A program made the translations under genes and the position numbers. Shown here in pieces: positions 1-11,600 of a stretch of 64,000 nucleotides of DNA. Where the stretch lies: assembly GCF_021028975.2 (NCBI RefSeq), contig NC_059425.1:23994001-24058000 (forward strand). The letters are read 5' to 3'. How positions within the stretch are numbered: position 1 is the first letter of the stretch; each line of letters starts with the position of its first letter. Under the pieces are notes generated by a model, which saw only the letters and a program-made list of their open reading frames with translations, had not been told where the DNA came from and ran no database searches. The stretch is from Sphaerodactylus townsendi (lineage: Eukaryota).

Positions 1-257
1 TTGCAGCTCTGTGCCAAATTTAAGTTCTCAATTCAGATGCAAGAGAAGTTTTTTTTTTTAATTATAAAACATTTACAAAATAATTCATGTGGAGAAAATG
101 GATAGTTACTTTCACTTTCTAGGAAACAACCCTGTTGGTAGAGAATTGGTACTTTATAAACCACAGTAATGGGAGAACCAGCATGGTGCAACAGTTTGAG
201 CGTCAGTCTACATCTACAAGTTGGTTTATGCAGTTGCTTGGGAACACAGTAGAGTTT

Positions 258-405
258 GGGGTGCTGCGTGGTTTCCAGGCTGTATGGCCGTGTTCTAGCA
301 GCATTCTCTCCTGACGTTTCGCCTGCATCTGTGGCTGGCATCTTCAGAGGATCTCAGACACCACACAGCACCCCAGTGATTCCGGCCGTGAAAGCCTTTG
401 ACAGT
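258..405 (-). mobile_element. Short Penelope-like (PLE-derived) retroelement insert
   Basis: Inverted termini GGGGTGCTGCGTGGT / ACCACACAGCACCCC plus a short tail; flanked by 12-bp direct repeat ACAGTAGAGTTT (246-257, 406-417); contains a hammerhead core. Confidence 0.75.
309..351 (-). ncRNA. Minimal type-I hammerhead ribozyme motif
   Basis: Minus strand UCCU-CUGAAGA-U-GCC(agccacagaugca)GGC-GAAA-CG-UC-AGGA: core boxes, stem I UCCU/AGGA, stem II GCC/GGC, GUC cleavage triplet, vestigial palindromic stem III (ACGU). Confidence 0.7.
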
Positions 406-730
406 ACAGTAGAGTTTACTTCTGAGAAAGTTTTATGAATGAGGACCAGGCAATAAGTAAGGTTTTCAACCTCTAGGTGGGGCCTGGAGATCTACTGAAA
501 CTGTATGAGGATCAGGTTATAAAAGCCTCATTTGCAAAGCAGGTATGACTTGCTGGAGTTTCTTCAACAAGCAAGTGAAGCTCATACAGCCTTATTCCCT
601 CATCTGCAATATGAGGTTAATAATACCAGTGCATCTTACATGGCTGTTGAAAGGAGTGTGAAGTGTGTAGAACACTATACCCTTCAAGCAATATTATTCA
701 CAATATGAGAGAAGGCCACGCATCCAGTAG

Positions 731-1024
731 GAGCCAGCATGGTGTAGTGGTTAAGAGCAGCTGAATTCTAATCTGGAGAACCAGGTTTGATTCCCCACTC
801 CTTCACCTGAGTGGCAGAGGCTTATCTGGTGAATCAGGTGTGTTTCCACACTCCTACATTCCTGCTGGGTGACCTTGACCTAGTCACAGTTCTCTCTGAA
901 TTCTCCCAGCCCCACCTACCTCACAAGGTGTCTGTTGTGGGAAGAGGAAGGGAAAGGAACTTGTAAGCCACTTTGAATCTCCTTGCAGGAGAGAAAGGGG
1001 GAATATAAATCCAAACTCTTCTTC
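731..1024 (+). mobile_element. Squam3-type tRNA-derived SINE
   Basis: A-box TGGTGTAGTGG, B-box GGTTTGATTCC, MIR-like core GGGTGACCTTG, L2-like tail, (CTT)n end. Confidence 0.85.
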
Positions 1025-1219
1025 AGTATAATTGGAGGATATTAAAGATATTAATTTATAGTGTGCACTACAGGTGGTGTGGTCCAGTAATGGGGCAAAA
1101 GTTTAAAGCTGCATGATGAACAACCATGGTCTTCTTTCAATCCTGTCAGTGTGACAGACAAGAACCAAACAGCCTTCATATTACATGGACCTAGCTAGAG
1201 ATGAATTTGTTATACGTAC

Positions 1220-1357
1220 CTTGAATGCTTAGGTAAGTAACTTCAGGAATAGCTGTGAAAGGGAGGCCTGAATGTAAGAGGGAATATAGTGTGATATAAC
1301 AGCCTATGGGTTGGTATTTCAGAAGAAAACGATGACTCTTTGTTAAGCATTTCAAGG
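1220..1357 (-). CDS. Candidate TSACC-like coding exon of a gene divergent from CCT3 (partial gene)
   Basis: AG acceptor 1359-1358, donor AAG|GTACGT at 1220/1219; 138-nt phase 1-1 open exon encoding LKCLTKSHRFLLKYQPIGCYITLYSLLHSGLPFTAIPEVTYLSIQ, similar to recalled TSACC [9 protein letters not shown]...PPATFLNIQ; syntenic position. Confidence 0.5.
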
Positions 1358-1513
1358 CTATTATGGAGATACAGATGTAGACAAGCAGTCCAGGCACTAA
1401 GAAAACCGACCCAGAAAAGACAAAAATGTAGTAAGTAGGCTAGGAATAGTCTTAAGATGGTATGGGTAGAAAGCTCCAGAAGAATGTTCTGCATCTATAC
1501 TAAAATTACTCAC

Positions 1514-1523
1514 TGCTTTGCAT
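1514..1523 (-). CDS. Candidate first coding exon portion (ATG CAA AGC A) of the TSACC-like gene
   Basis: ATG at 1523-1521 preceded by an in-frame stop; donor GTGAGT at 1513-1508 in phase 1, splicing in frame to 1357 across a 156-nt GT-AG intron. Confidence 0.35.
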
Positions 1524-1873
1524 AAAAGTTCTGGTCACCAGAGATTGGATGAGCCCTTCCCCCTTTCACTTGCTGGACAACTCTTTATTCAAACAATGAT
1601 TTTTCAACCTTCCAGCTGGCGTCCTTCGTTTGGCTGAAGGAACACCAGGAAAAGGCCCAGTTTGGCTATCAAGTGTATGTTCAACTGTATAGATAACCTT
1701 CCCGTCTATCTATGAATCTATAAGCCCTATCTCTATATATGGTCTTATGCACAGATATAAACTATTAGAATCTATTCCTCAGATTATGCTGACAGAATAG
1801 GGACTCGCTGCATAACGGACGCTTTTAATAATTGACTTTTGCACCGCTAAGCACGTGTTGAGAAAACAGCCGC

Positions 1874-1984
1874 CTACTGTTCCCATAATGCCTAGCAATA
1901 CTAGAGGTGTAAGTCCGGCCTGAGCCAGGACTTCAATTCCCATGATGCCCTTAGGCAGATAAGACTACAAATTCCATGATGCCT
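1874..1984 (+). promoter_or_regulatory. Three ZNF143/Staf (SBS) plus ACTACA-type motifs
   Basis: CTACTGTTCCCATAATGCCT (1874), GACTTCAATTCCCATGATGCCCT (1929), GACTACAAATTCCATGATGCCT (1963). Confidence 0.75.
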
Positions 1985-2079
1985 ATTCTTGGGCTTGGTG
2001 AGACTCCGCAGTTCCTTCGTTGTCCCCCAAAACTCGCCTTTGGGGTGTTGCTGGTCAGACCCAGAGTGGACCAAGTGTT

Positions 2080-2620
2080 GAAGCGACCGTCGATGCCAAG
2101 GTTTCCCACCTCCATCCATCCAACCGCTGACTAAAGAGTTATGCGCGTGCGCTGTTCTCCAACCGCCGCTTTTAAAACCTTTGCGCAGGCGCAGTGGGTT
2201 TCACTACGCCTCGTTCGGCTCTGCCGCACGCATGCGTTCAGAGGAGTGGCCACGCAAGCGCGCTGCTTCGTCCCTCTAAAGCGGCTCTGCACGCGCTGGA
2301 GTGAATAAGGAGGGGCGGAGAAAAGAACAGCCAGCAAAGTCTCGTCCGTTGTCTTGTCAACCAATCTTGCTTGACGAAAGTGGGCGGTACTCTCGTGACA
2401 GAGACTACTTCTCTATTGGTCAAAGAGGCCGCAGTGGCCGCGGTGATTGGCGGCCGCCCCTGAGAGGCAGTTTAGGCTGTCCGGGAGCGGTGAAGCGGCG
2501 CTTTTCTCTCCCTCCCTCTCTCTCCTCCAGAAGGTTCCTTGCCGGTTTAGTTGCTCGCCTCGTCGCGGAGATGCTGGGCCCGCGCCCCGTCCTCGTGCTC
2601 AGTGAGTTGGTTGAGGGTGG
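2080..2620. promoter_or_regulatory. CpG-island, probably bidirectional, promoter of CCT3
   Basis: CpG-rich; NRF1-like TGCGCGTGCGC (~2142), TGCGCAGGCGCA (2182), GCACGCATGCG (~2226); CCAAT at 2361 and ATTGG at ~2415 and ~2446; pyrimidine-tract start at 2501. Confidence 0.8.
2571..2601 (+). CDS. CCT3: CCT3 exon 1 (MLGPRPVLVL)
   Basis: ATG 2571, donor GTGAGT at 2602. Confidence 0.95.
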
Positions 2621-5600
2621 GGCGGGAAGAAGGACTTTCTCTCTCGTTTGGGGGGCCCCCAAATAGCCCTTCTCCCCCGCCCTAAAAGACCCCCCAACAT
2701 TCCCCCTCCTAAAGCCTCTCTTCCAGTTCCCATCAATGCCCAGGTACACCCTCGTCCCCTCTCGAGTGGGGGGATTATTGGGAGCCCCTCCTGATCCCCC
2801 TCAATAAGCACCCTTTTGCAGTCCCTTGGGAGGATTTTGCTCCGCGTTCCCTGCACCCCGTGTGTCCCCCCTGCGCAAACTGATCTTCATTGCCCCCCTC
2901 CCCCATATTGTATTCCACATCATCCCCAGACTTTTTGCTCCCCTCCCCACGTGTGCATATGGGGAACCCCGCCCTGATTTCCCCCTTTCCAGCTAAATAT
3001 TCCCTGTCATGATCATTTTCGGTTATTTCAACCAAGTGCGTGTCGAGAACTTCTGTGCAGGGTTTGGTGTCTTTTCATCCTTTTCCCTCCTAGCTGACAA
3101 CCCCAGTTGTGTCCTTCTGGGGAGCAGCTAGTGATTTTCTTCTGTCGAGATCTCTCACAGTTTCCTTCCTCTTGCTTGTCTCCCTGCCCTCACCCACTGG
3201 CGGGCCTGTGAGTTCATCTTCTCCTTTGTGCTGTGCCCCTTGCCTTTTATGCACAGCCCCCCTCCATACTTACCTCCATTCAAGCCCCTTTTATGTTTCC
3301 GTGTTTCATTGTGTTCCACAATGATTTTCTCTATAATCTCATCCTACCTTTTGTGTCCACACCACCAACAAGTGTGGGTACTCCACTCTACCTCCACCCC
3401 CCATCACCTTCTTGTATCATGTCTGTTTGGGATCCCCACCCTACCAAAAGAATCATTCTTCCCATATTAAAATCTATTCACTCCTTCCAAAGTTATCATA
3501 GGACCATAAAGTGTTTCCTATTGTTTTTCAGTTTTATTTTAAAAATGTCCAGAACACTACAGAAATAACAAGGCTATGAGTCCTGCCCCAAAATATTTTT
3601 CCATTGCCTCTGGCAGTTGCCTCTGTATGTCTCCTCAATGGGAGAGCTTGCCTATTTTGTTTTGCTTGACTTCACGTACTTCCCTTGAGTATTGCATTAC
3701 TCCCGAGTCTCTGTGCCATTTTGAGTCCGCCTTCCTTCCATTCATAAAAAAGAAACTGGAGTGAGATTTGATGCAACAGTAGATTTATCCAGCACAGGAA
3801 GTCACCTGATATGGATGTGGATCCCTGGCACATGTGTGCGGCAGATAACGGGTTGTCAAAATGCTAGTGGGGCAGAGGCGAAGAGCTGAATTGGGCCAAG
3901 TGGCATTTGTTAACGTATGTGTGAGAGAGGGAAGAGTAGAGCCTGAACGCAGCTTTCTGGCGTGCCATAATGTCTCTGTTGCAGGCATAGACTTTGTGAG
4001 ATAATTGGGTACCTCTCCATTGACAGACCAGTAGATTTCTTTTGGCCAGTCTCAAAATGTAGATGTGCTTTGGGAAAGGATAAGAGAAAAGCAGAAAACT
4101 GAAATTAGTCAGTGATGGCTTTCCTGATATAGTCTCTCTCTTTCCTAACTGCTTGCTGGAGAAGGGTTGCTCTTTAAAGGCTCTTAAACAATAGTCTTTT
4201 GTTCAGTAAGAATGTTAAGTCTTTTTTGGAGAAAGTGTGCGCTCTGCAGCGAAAGGAGATTTTTTCAAATGCACGGGTTTTCATTTTTTTATGGAAGGTA
4301 TGTGAAGGTGCCCCATGTTCTCTAGAGCTACCCAGTGTCAGGAAGCTCTCTGGGTGGTTTGTGGCCAGTCACCCTTTCTTGTTCTAACTATTTCATAAAG
4401 TTGTTGTGAGGATAAAATGAAAGGAAAATCCTATATGCCATCCTGGGGGGAAGGGGGGGAGGAAGGTCGGGTAACAAGTGTCACATACCTAAACATTACT
4501 GAGTGCACATCTACTTACCATACCGATTTGTCAAAAGAGACTCTATTGCATTATTGAGCAATTCATCAGCTGGCCATATAATGGGGCGACAGTTCAGTAG
4601 ATTGGCAGTTTATTGTGATGGGTTGTGAAAGATGGTGACAAGCCAACACTTTTACTCCTGCTGCATCCTACTGAGCATACCCTTAGGAGCACAATAGGGG
4701 AAAAATTGAGATCTGCAGTAGAAGGGGGAATAGACAGAAATGACTGCCCTCTCCCAAAGTTGGAAGTGCCCTGAAGTCTTGGGAGCTGCATATCTGGATT
4801 TAGTGGCTTGTCTTTGTTTAGAAAAACAAAACTTTGCAACAAATGTTGTTCCAGTAGTAATTTGTACTGTTGTATCCTCGGTGTACATAAATAAGCAACC
4901 CAGACAGCTTCTCCTTCCAAGGAATTTAGGATCTAGCTTTCAAAATCTGGCCATGGGGCAAGGAGGTATTAGAGCAACCATGGAAGCAAAGAATGGATGT
5001 GACCCAAGGCAATTATACGTACTGCTGTTTTGTTGCAAGTGGTGGGAACAAATGGGGATAAGGTGTAAAGACTATCAGGAGAAATTTAAATCAACTGCTT
5101 GTACTGTGTTTTTTATTCTTTATCTGTTTTAGGTCAGAACACAAAACGTGAGACTGGCAGGAAAGTCCAGGCTGGAAACATTAATGCTGCTAAGGTATGC
5201 TTTCTTGATATGAAACATATTGCAGTTGTGGCTAGGAGATAAATGCGGTTTGTCTGTTTGTCTGCCAGTTGCAGTATAAAAACTGATCTGTAGCCAGACT
5301 ACTAATAAGCAGTGAGTTGGAATCTACAGATCTTTTCTGCTAATGGTGCTGCTTACCATTGAAACAAAGTAAGAATATAAAAACAAACCACAGGACAAAA
5401 ACAGCATTGAAATTGTCCATTAAACATTTTAAAAGTTGGTAAGATACAACATGGAGTTTGAAAGCCTAAAAGAGAATAAAATGAGCCCTGGACAAGCCTG
5501 AAAAAAAAGGGGGGGGGGCATTCCAGAGACAATCTGCCACCACAGAAAGTGCCCAGTCTCTAGTTGCCATCTGTCTCATCTCGGGGGGGGGGGGGTGGCT

Positions 5601-8600
5601 GTAGCAAGCAGAGCATGAGAGGCAGATTTTAAGTGGCAGTCTGGATAGTAAGGGAGGAGATGGTCCTGCAGGAATCTGTGCCTGGCATGTCTGAATACGA
5701 GAGGTGGCTGGCAGCTACAAGGGGTGGATAGAAGAGAAAATTTGACATGGAGGGAAAATTTGTTTTAACTGTGAATTGAGGGCTTGTGAAGAAGAGGTTT
5801 GTTCCCCTTGCAGACCATTATTAGTTTTTTCTTAAACTCTGTGTTTTTTTTCCAGACTATAGCTGATATTATTAGAACATGTCTGGGACCAAGAGCCATG
5901 ATGAAAGTGAGAAATTCGTTTTTCCTTCCTTGGATTTTTAAAACTCATGATAAAAATATACCATGAGTATAGTTGTGCTTTTGATTTGACTGACACGTTT
6001 CTTGGAAGCTAACAAAAATACTCTTAAATCTCTGACACAGATGCTGTTGGACCCCATGGGTGGGATCGTCATGACCAACGACGGCAATGCTATCCTAAGA
6101 GAAGTAAGTTGACGTCATTCTGACACCAGGTACTTGATGTCTTAGTTTGGCTGAAAGCATGGAAGAGCTAGCGTGATACAGTGGTTAAGAGCAGCAAACT
6201 CTAATCGGAGAACCAGGTGTGATTCCCCACTCCTCCACATGAAGCCTGCTGGGTGAGCTTGGGCTAGGCACAGTTCTTTCTGAACTCTCTCAGCCTCATC
6301 GACCTCACAAGGTGTCTGTTGTGGGGAGGGGAAGGAGTTTGTGAGCCATCATGAGACGACTTACAATAGAGAAAAACAGGATATAAATCTGAATTCTTCT
6401 GTTCTAAAATTTGTAAATTAGTAGTCTCCGCTAAATAGTGCTTGAGACTGGAGAAACAAATTAGGATGCCTCAACTATAAGCTTGCTTAACAGCCTCCCT
6501 ACGCTGCCGAAAAGCCCTCTGTAGGTGGTGGAGCGTCAAGGCAGCAGCACCATCCCCGCCCACCTGGGCCTCTGGATTGAACTGCTCAGCTTCCTAGCAC
6601 TACATTCATGCGACTGACATCTACTGACTTTCTTACTGCTTTTCCAAATAGACCCCCCCCCCAAAAAAAACCCCTGCATTCATCTAGTTCATACTGTTGC
6701 TCTGAGCCTCACTGCCTCAATACCCAGCCATTGTATTGATCTTTCCTCGCATTCTCATATATTAGTGTTCCTTCAGTCTGGGGCATTCTACTGGCTGCAC
6801 CACCTTGTCCTCCCCCTAAGTTTGACAGTTAGTCTTGCCCAGAATTGGGTTTCACTCATCTTCACCGGATGGCCAAAATGGAAGATACGAGGGAAAACTA
6901 GCTATTAGGTATTAGGTAAACAATACTGTTTATAACACAAACATCTGAGAATATTTTTGAGAGCAGAGATCTCATGCTGTAACTGAAAATGTTTATCTCA
7001 GCGGTAAATGGTCTTTAAGCTTTAACAGAATTATTTACAAAGGTATATTTTGAAGTTTTGGAACAAGTCACTCTGTTGTAAAGATCTATGCCCTGCATTT
7101 TGACCAGTTGATCTCTGGGGTGGCTTATAACAGATCAGAACAAAACAAGATGGCTTCAGATGGAATGTGGTTCCTGGCTCACCTCTGTGCAGTTAAGCAG
7201 TTGAAAAAGATGCAGATGAATATAAAACCTTCCTTCCCTCTCCGTGGTGTTCTGACTACTGCTATTGTTCTTACGCAGTGAACCTAGGGAACTATCCCCT
7301 CTTGAAGTTTGCCACCAAGCTTTTCCTGTTGGTTATCTCCCACTCTTCCTTCATAGAATACAACAAACATATGATACTTCCAGCAGTGTTTGGGCCAGGT
7401 CCTGTAGCTTCAGCTTTTGAATCTAAATATACACCTTCTACTTCCTCCAGCTCAAAATTGGCCCCATTCAAACCTTTAGCGCATTTCAAGAGGTTCCAGT
7501 TGAGCTTTGGGAAGCAGACATGATCCAGAACTTAGAGCCTATGCTTCCTTCATTCTTACAGATTCAGGTCCAGCATCCAGCTGCCAAGTCCATGATTGAA
7601 ATCAGCCGCACTCAGGATGAAGAAGTGGGCGACGGGACCACATCTGTCATTATTCTTGGTAAGATCGCTTTGTGCCTGGGTACAGTTGGTGGCCACACGA
7701 CTGGTGTTTCTAAAACCAGAGGTAACCTTGCTCTGGAGTAAAAGTGCGGCTGCTCCCTTGGATGCTACGGGTTGGGTGTCATCTCCTTCAGGAGGGAGAC
7801 CATTAGGACTCTTCTGCTGCATACCCTGCTGAAATGAGTGGGAGAATCCGAAGAACATGTGTAGCTTCCATTCATTTCAGTGGGGCTCAACGAGGGAGTC
7901 TGCCTTAGTGGATTAGGTTTGTTTAGTTTGTAAGCTGCTTTTCTACACAAACATTCCCAATGTGGTTTATGTAAAAATAAACTAATTAAAGCATAAATTG
8001 AACAGCTTGTAAGAGCTTTATGAATGGCACTGGATCTAGACATAGTGGAGGATGCCTCTCTTTCCCCTGATGTTCTAGGCCAGGGGTAGGGAACCTTTAA
8101 CACTCAAAGAGCCATTTGGACCCATTTTCCATGGGAAAAGAAAACACTTGGAGCCGCAAATAATTTTTGACATTTAAAATAAAGATAACACTATATATAT
8201 TGGGGGTTTTTAACCTTTTACTCAGCTCATTCTGAGAAGCGCATGGATGCGTCCGCCCTGCTGCCTGCAGGGCGGGCAAGGATGGGGCCAGCGGCTCAGC
8301 CTCGCCTGCTGCCGGGAAAGCGCCCACCCTGCTCGAACAGGGCAGGCGAGAGGGGAAGCCAGCGGCGTGGCCCAGCCGGCTGCGGGCCATTGGTGCGCCT
8401 GCCCTGCTGCCTCCAGGGCGGGCAAGGATGAAGCCGGTGGCTCAGCCTCGCCGGCCACCGGGAAAGCACCCACCCCGCTCCAACGGGGCGGGCGAGAGGG
8501 GAAGCCCGCGGCTAGGCCCAGCCGACCGCGGGCAGTTGGTGCGCCCGCCCTGCTGCCTGCAGGGCGGGCAAGGATGGGGCCGGCGGCTCGGCTCGTGGAG

Positions 8601-11600
8601 CCGCAGTGCAAGGGCAGAAGCGCATGCGGCTCTCGAGCCGCAGGTTCCCTACCCCTGTTCTAGGCAGTGGAAGCCTGAGGCAGGGGTTACACCCCATGTT
8701 GATTAGTTTGGGGGTAGAGGCACTTGCGTGTTCGTGAACCAATTCAGGAGTCATCTCTCCTTGAAATAAGGCCGATATTGGCTAGCGAAGTGGAGATGCC
8801 ATAGACTCCTCATGGGGCAGACCAGAAAAGGAAGCGACCTGTTGATCTAGAGCAGCTCTTTGTGCCTTGGGCCACAAGGAGTGCTGCTGTCTATTCTTCC
8901 TGTTCTGTGGCCAGAAGTTCTGAAATCTTAGCTGCCCTTTCCACTCCAGCTGGGTAAAAGGCAGTGGGGAACAGACTAGGGGACTGAAAGCACAATCTAC
9001 TTTAAAATACCTGCAGTTCAGAAGTGTTTGTGTTGTGGTGATGCAAGTGTAACACAGTATAGGCAATAGTTCTGTTTTCCTGACTTCTGCTTGCTGTTTA
9101 GCTGGAGAGATGCTGGCAGTGGCAGAGCACTTCTTGGAGCAGCAGATGCACCCGACAGTCATAATTGGGGCATACCGTAAAGCACTGGATGACATGATCA
9201 GTGCCCTGAAAAAAATCAGGTGAGTAGGATGGCCCTAAGTGGGAGAGGGGGAGCACAGTGGGTGTGTGAATTGTGAAGTGCTGGCTGCATCTCTGGACAT
9301 GCTGTGGGGGATATGATGTGGGAAGTGAATCTTATAGAAGGGAAGTCATGCCAGAGGTATAACACTTGAGTTAGTACTAAGATACTTCTCTATTGGATCT
9401 GCATGTTAGAATATTTATTTATTCATTCATTTATTAGATTTCATAGACTGCCTCATCCCCGGAGGACTCTAGGCATTTCACAACACAAAACTAAAGAGCA
9501 GTCGATAAATAACTTAAATTAACTCTAAAAACATTAAAATCAGTATGCAGCATAACATCCCCATATTAGCGGCACCCGGTCTTAAGGCTGGGAGGGACTG
9601 GCAGCACCCCAGATGGAATTAATATAGAGCACTGCCAGAGATGACGCTACGACAGGGCCTCACAAGGGGGCAGAGTACAGACTACAGAATACAGACTCTA
9701 GCTTTGTGACAGAGCATGCCATTTCCAAGTCCAGATTCGTGATAGCAGAGCTAGGAAAAACCTTATCTCGCTTCCGTTCAGAACAAAGAACTGGACTAGA
9801 TGGACTGATGGTTAGGCAACATAAGGAAGCTTCATAGGTTCGGGAGAGACTGTAGAGCCAAGTCTCCATTCCCAGCATCTCCCAGTTAAACGATCTTAGG
9901 TTCCAGTTATGGGAAAGATTTTTCCCTGCTTGACGACTTAGAGAAGATCTCCCAGTTGAAGTAGATAGCATTGGTCTAGATGAGTCAATGACGGGACTAG
10001 GATAACATTACAAATTGAAATGGATTTTAAACCCATCAAATTGCTACAGCTTCCAGCTCAGGTAGGTGCCTGAAGCAGCTTTAGGGATTTCTGACAAAGA
10101 ACTCTTAATGCTTTCAAACTGAGGATCCATAGGGAGAGCCAGGACTATTTTTTGTGATGATATCGAGTTCTCCCAAGTCCGAATCCTTGTGCACTGGCCT
10201 ACCCTGCTTAGCCAGAAAAAAAGAGCAGAACCTGATGAACAAAACTGGGATGTGTCCAGTTGTTGGAGAAAACTAATGGATATTGGCACGAACTTTTATG
10301 AGTACTGGAACTTTTTTTAACCAAAACACTATGGGGACCTGTGATGGCTAATTTGTTTCCAACATTTACAGTTGCTATATTGTTGTTCCAAAGTCATCTA
10401 TTCAGCGGATTAGGAAGGTGAATAGCAGTTAATGTTTGTTTGTTTTTTGTCTTCTGGTTTGTGTGCCTCACGTGGCTTCCACAGCACTCCAGTCGAAGTC
10501 AACAACCGTGAAGCCATGCTTAAAATAATCAACAGCGCCATCAACACCAAGGTGATCAGTCGCTGGTCAGACCTGGCCTGCAACATTGCCCTGGATGCCG
10601 TCAGGACTGTGGAGCTTGAGGAGAACGGCAGGAAAGAAATTGACATCAAGAAATATGCCAAAGTAGAAAAGGTGCAAAGGAGACCTGTGTGTGTTTGTGT
10701 TACTTTAGCAAGGTGGTGCTTACTGTTGGTTGATGTGGGCAGAAGGGATTTGGGAATAGATGACATTTCCTTATTTCTGGTTTCCTCAGTATGTAGAAAA
10801 GGAGGTGTTCGTGTTTAGCTCATAGTTTGTTAGATTGGAAGAGCTTTTTTTTAAGGCAAGGAACTCTCGCATCCTTCCTTTCTCTCTGATATTTCTGCTA
10901 ACAAATACATTCTTCTCTGGAAAGATTCAGCACTTTGGCCCCACCAGATCATACTTTGGAGGAAGGTGTATTTAATTACTATTTTTCAGTATCTTTAAAT
11001 AGTTTATATAAGAAGGAGCCTAATAAAAGTTGGGGAGAGATTTGTGGCTGCATCTGTGTCTAGGCCCAGTAGGCATCTTTCGTCCCCTGGGTTGATTTCC
11101 TCCTGCCTATCAGAAGATGAGGCTCAGTACTGCTTCTAGGCCTGGAGAGGACTTAGCTCAGTTGCCTTATGACACAAACATCCAGGATCACTGAGTTGTT
11201 TAAGGCTTAATAGTGCCTTTTGCTTATTCCAGATTTTATGTTGGTCATGTGACTAGTTCACACGTTTCATTCAGGCTAACAATTAAGTATCACCAATCAA
11301 GTAAGTCAGGCACTCATAGTGATACTGATGAAGACTTCGAAAAATGCTGGATGCGTTTCTTCACTGATTTCACTGAAAAAATTAAGTGACTTTTCTACTA
11401 CAAGAATTTATGAATGAGTTGATGATTTGTAATATAATGAAATTTGACTGAATTGACAGTTTGAAGATAAAACTCTGGTATTTGGTATGGATATGCTAAA
11501 TGAGATAGTCCAACTTAATTGTTAGGATAGTATATATTGATGACAACCTTATGGGGTTTATGTATTGTGATACTTACAATTGATAAAAGTTCATTAAAAA

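Noticed and set aside
5220-5335. Two hairpins with an ATAAAA hinge in CCT3 intron 2 (H/ACA candidate)
   Set aside because: The only ACA lies inside the second stem and pocket spacing is wrong
7292-7489. Minus ORF with LNGANFEL, superficially like a bacterial pilin repeat
   Set aside because: Short, non-ATG start, antisense in a CCT3 intron, no splice support; likely chance
8097-8754. Many overlapping GC-rich ORFs (also at 24594-25024 and 49981-50289)
   Set aside because: Produced by the GC-rich repeat inside a non-autonomous hAT element; no transposase motifs
8815-8975. Long hairpin pair in CCT3 intron 5
   Set aside because: No ANANNA hinge, wrong spacing to ACA, no recognisable family
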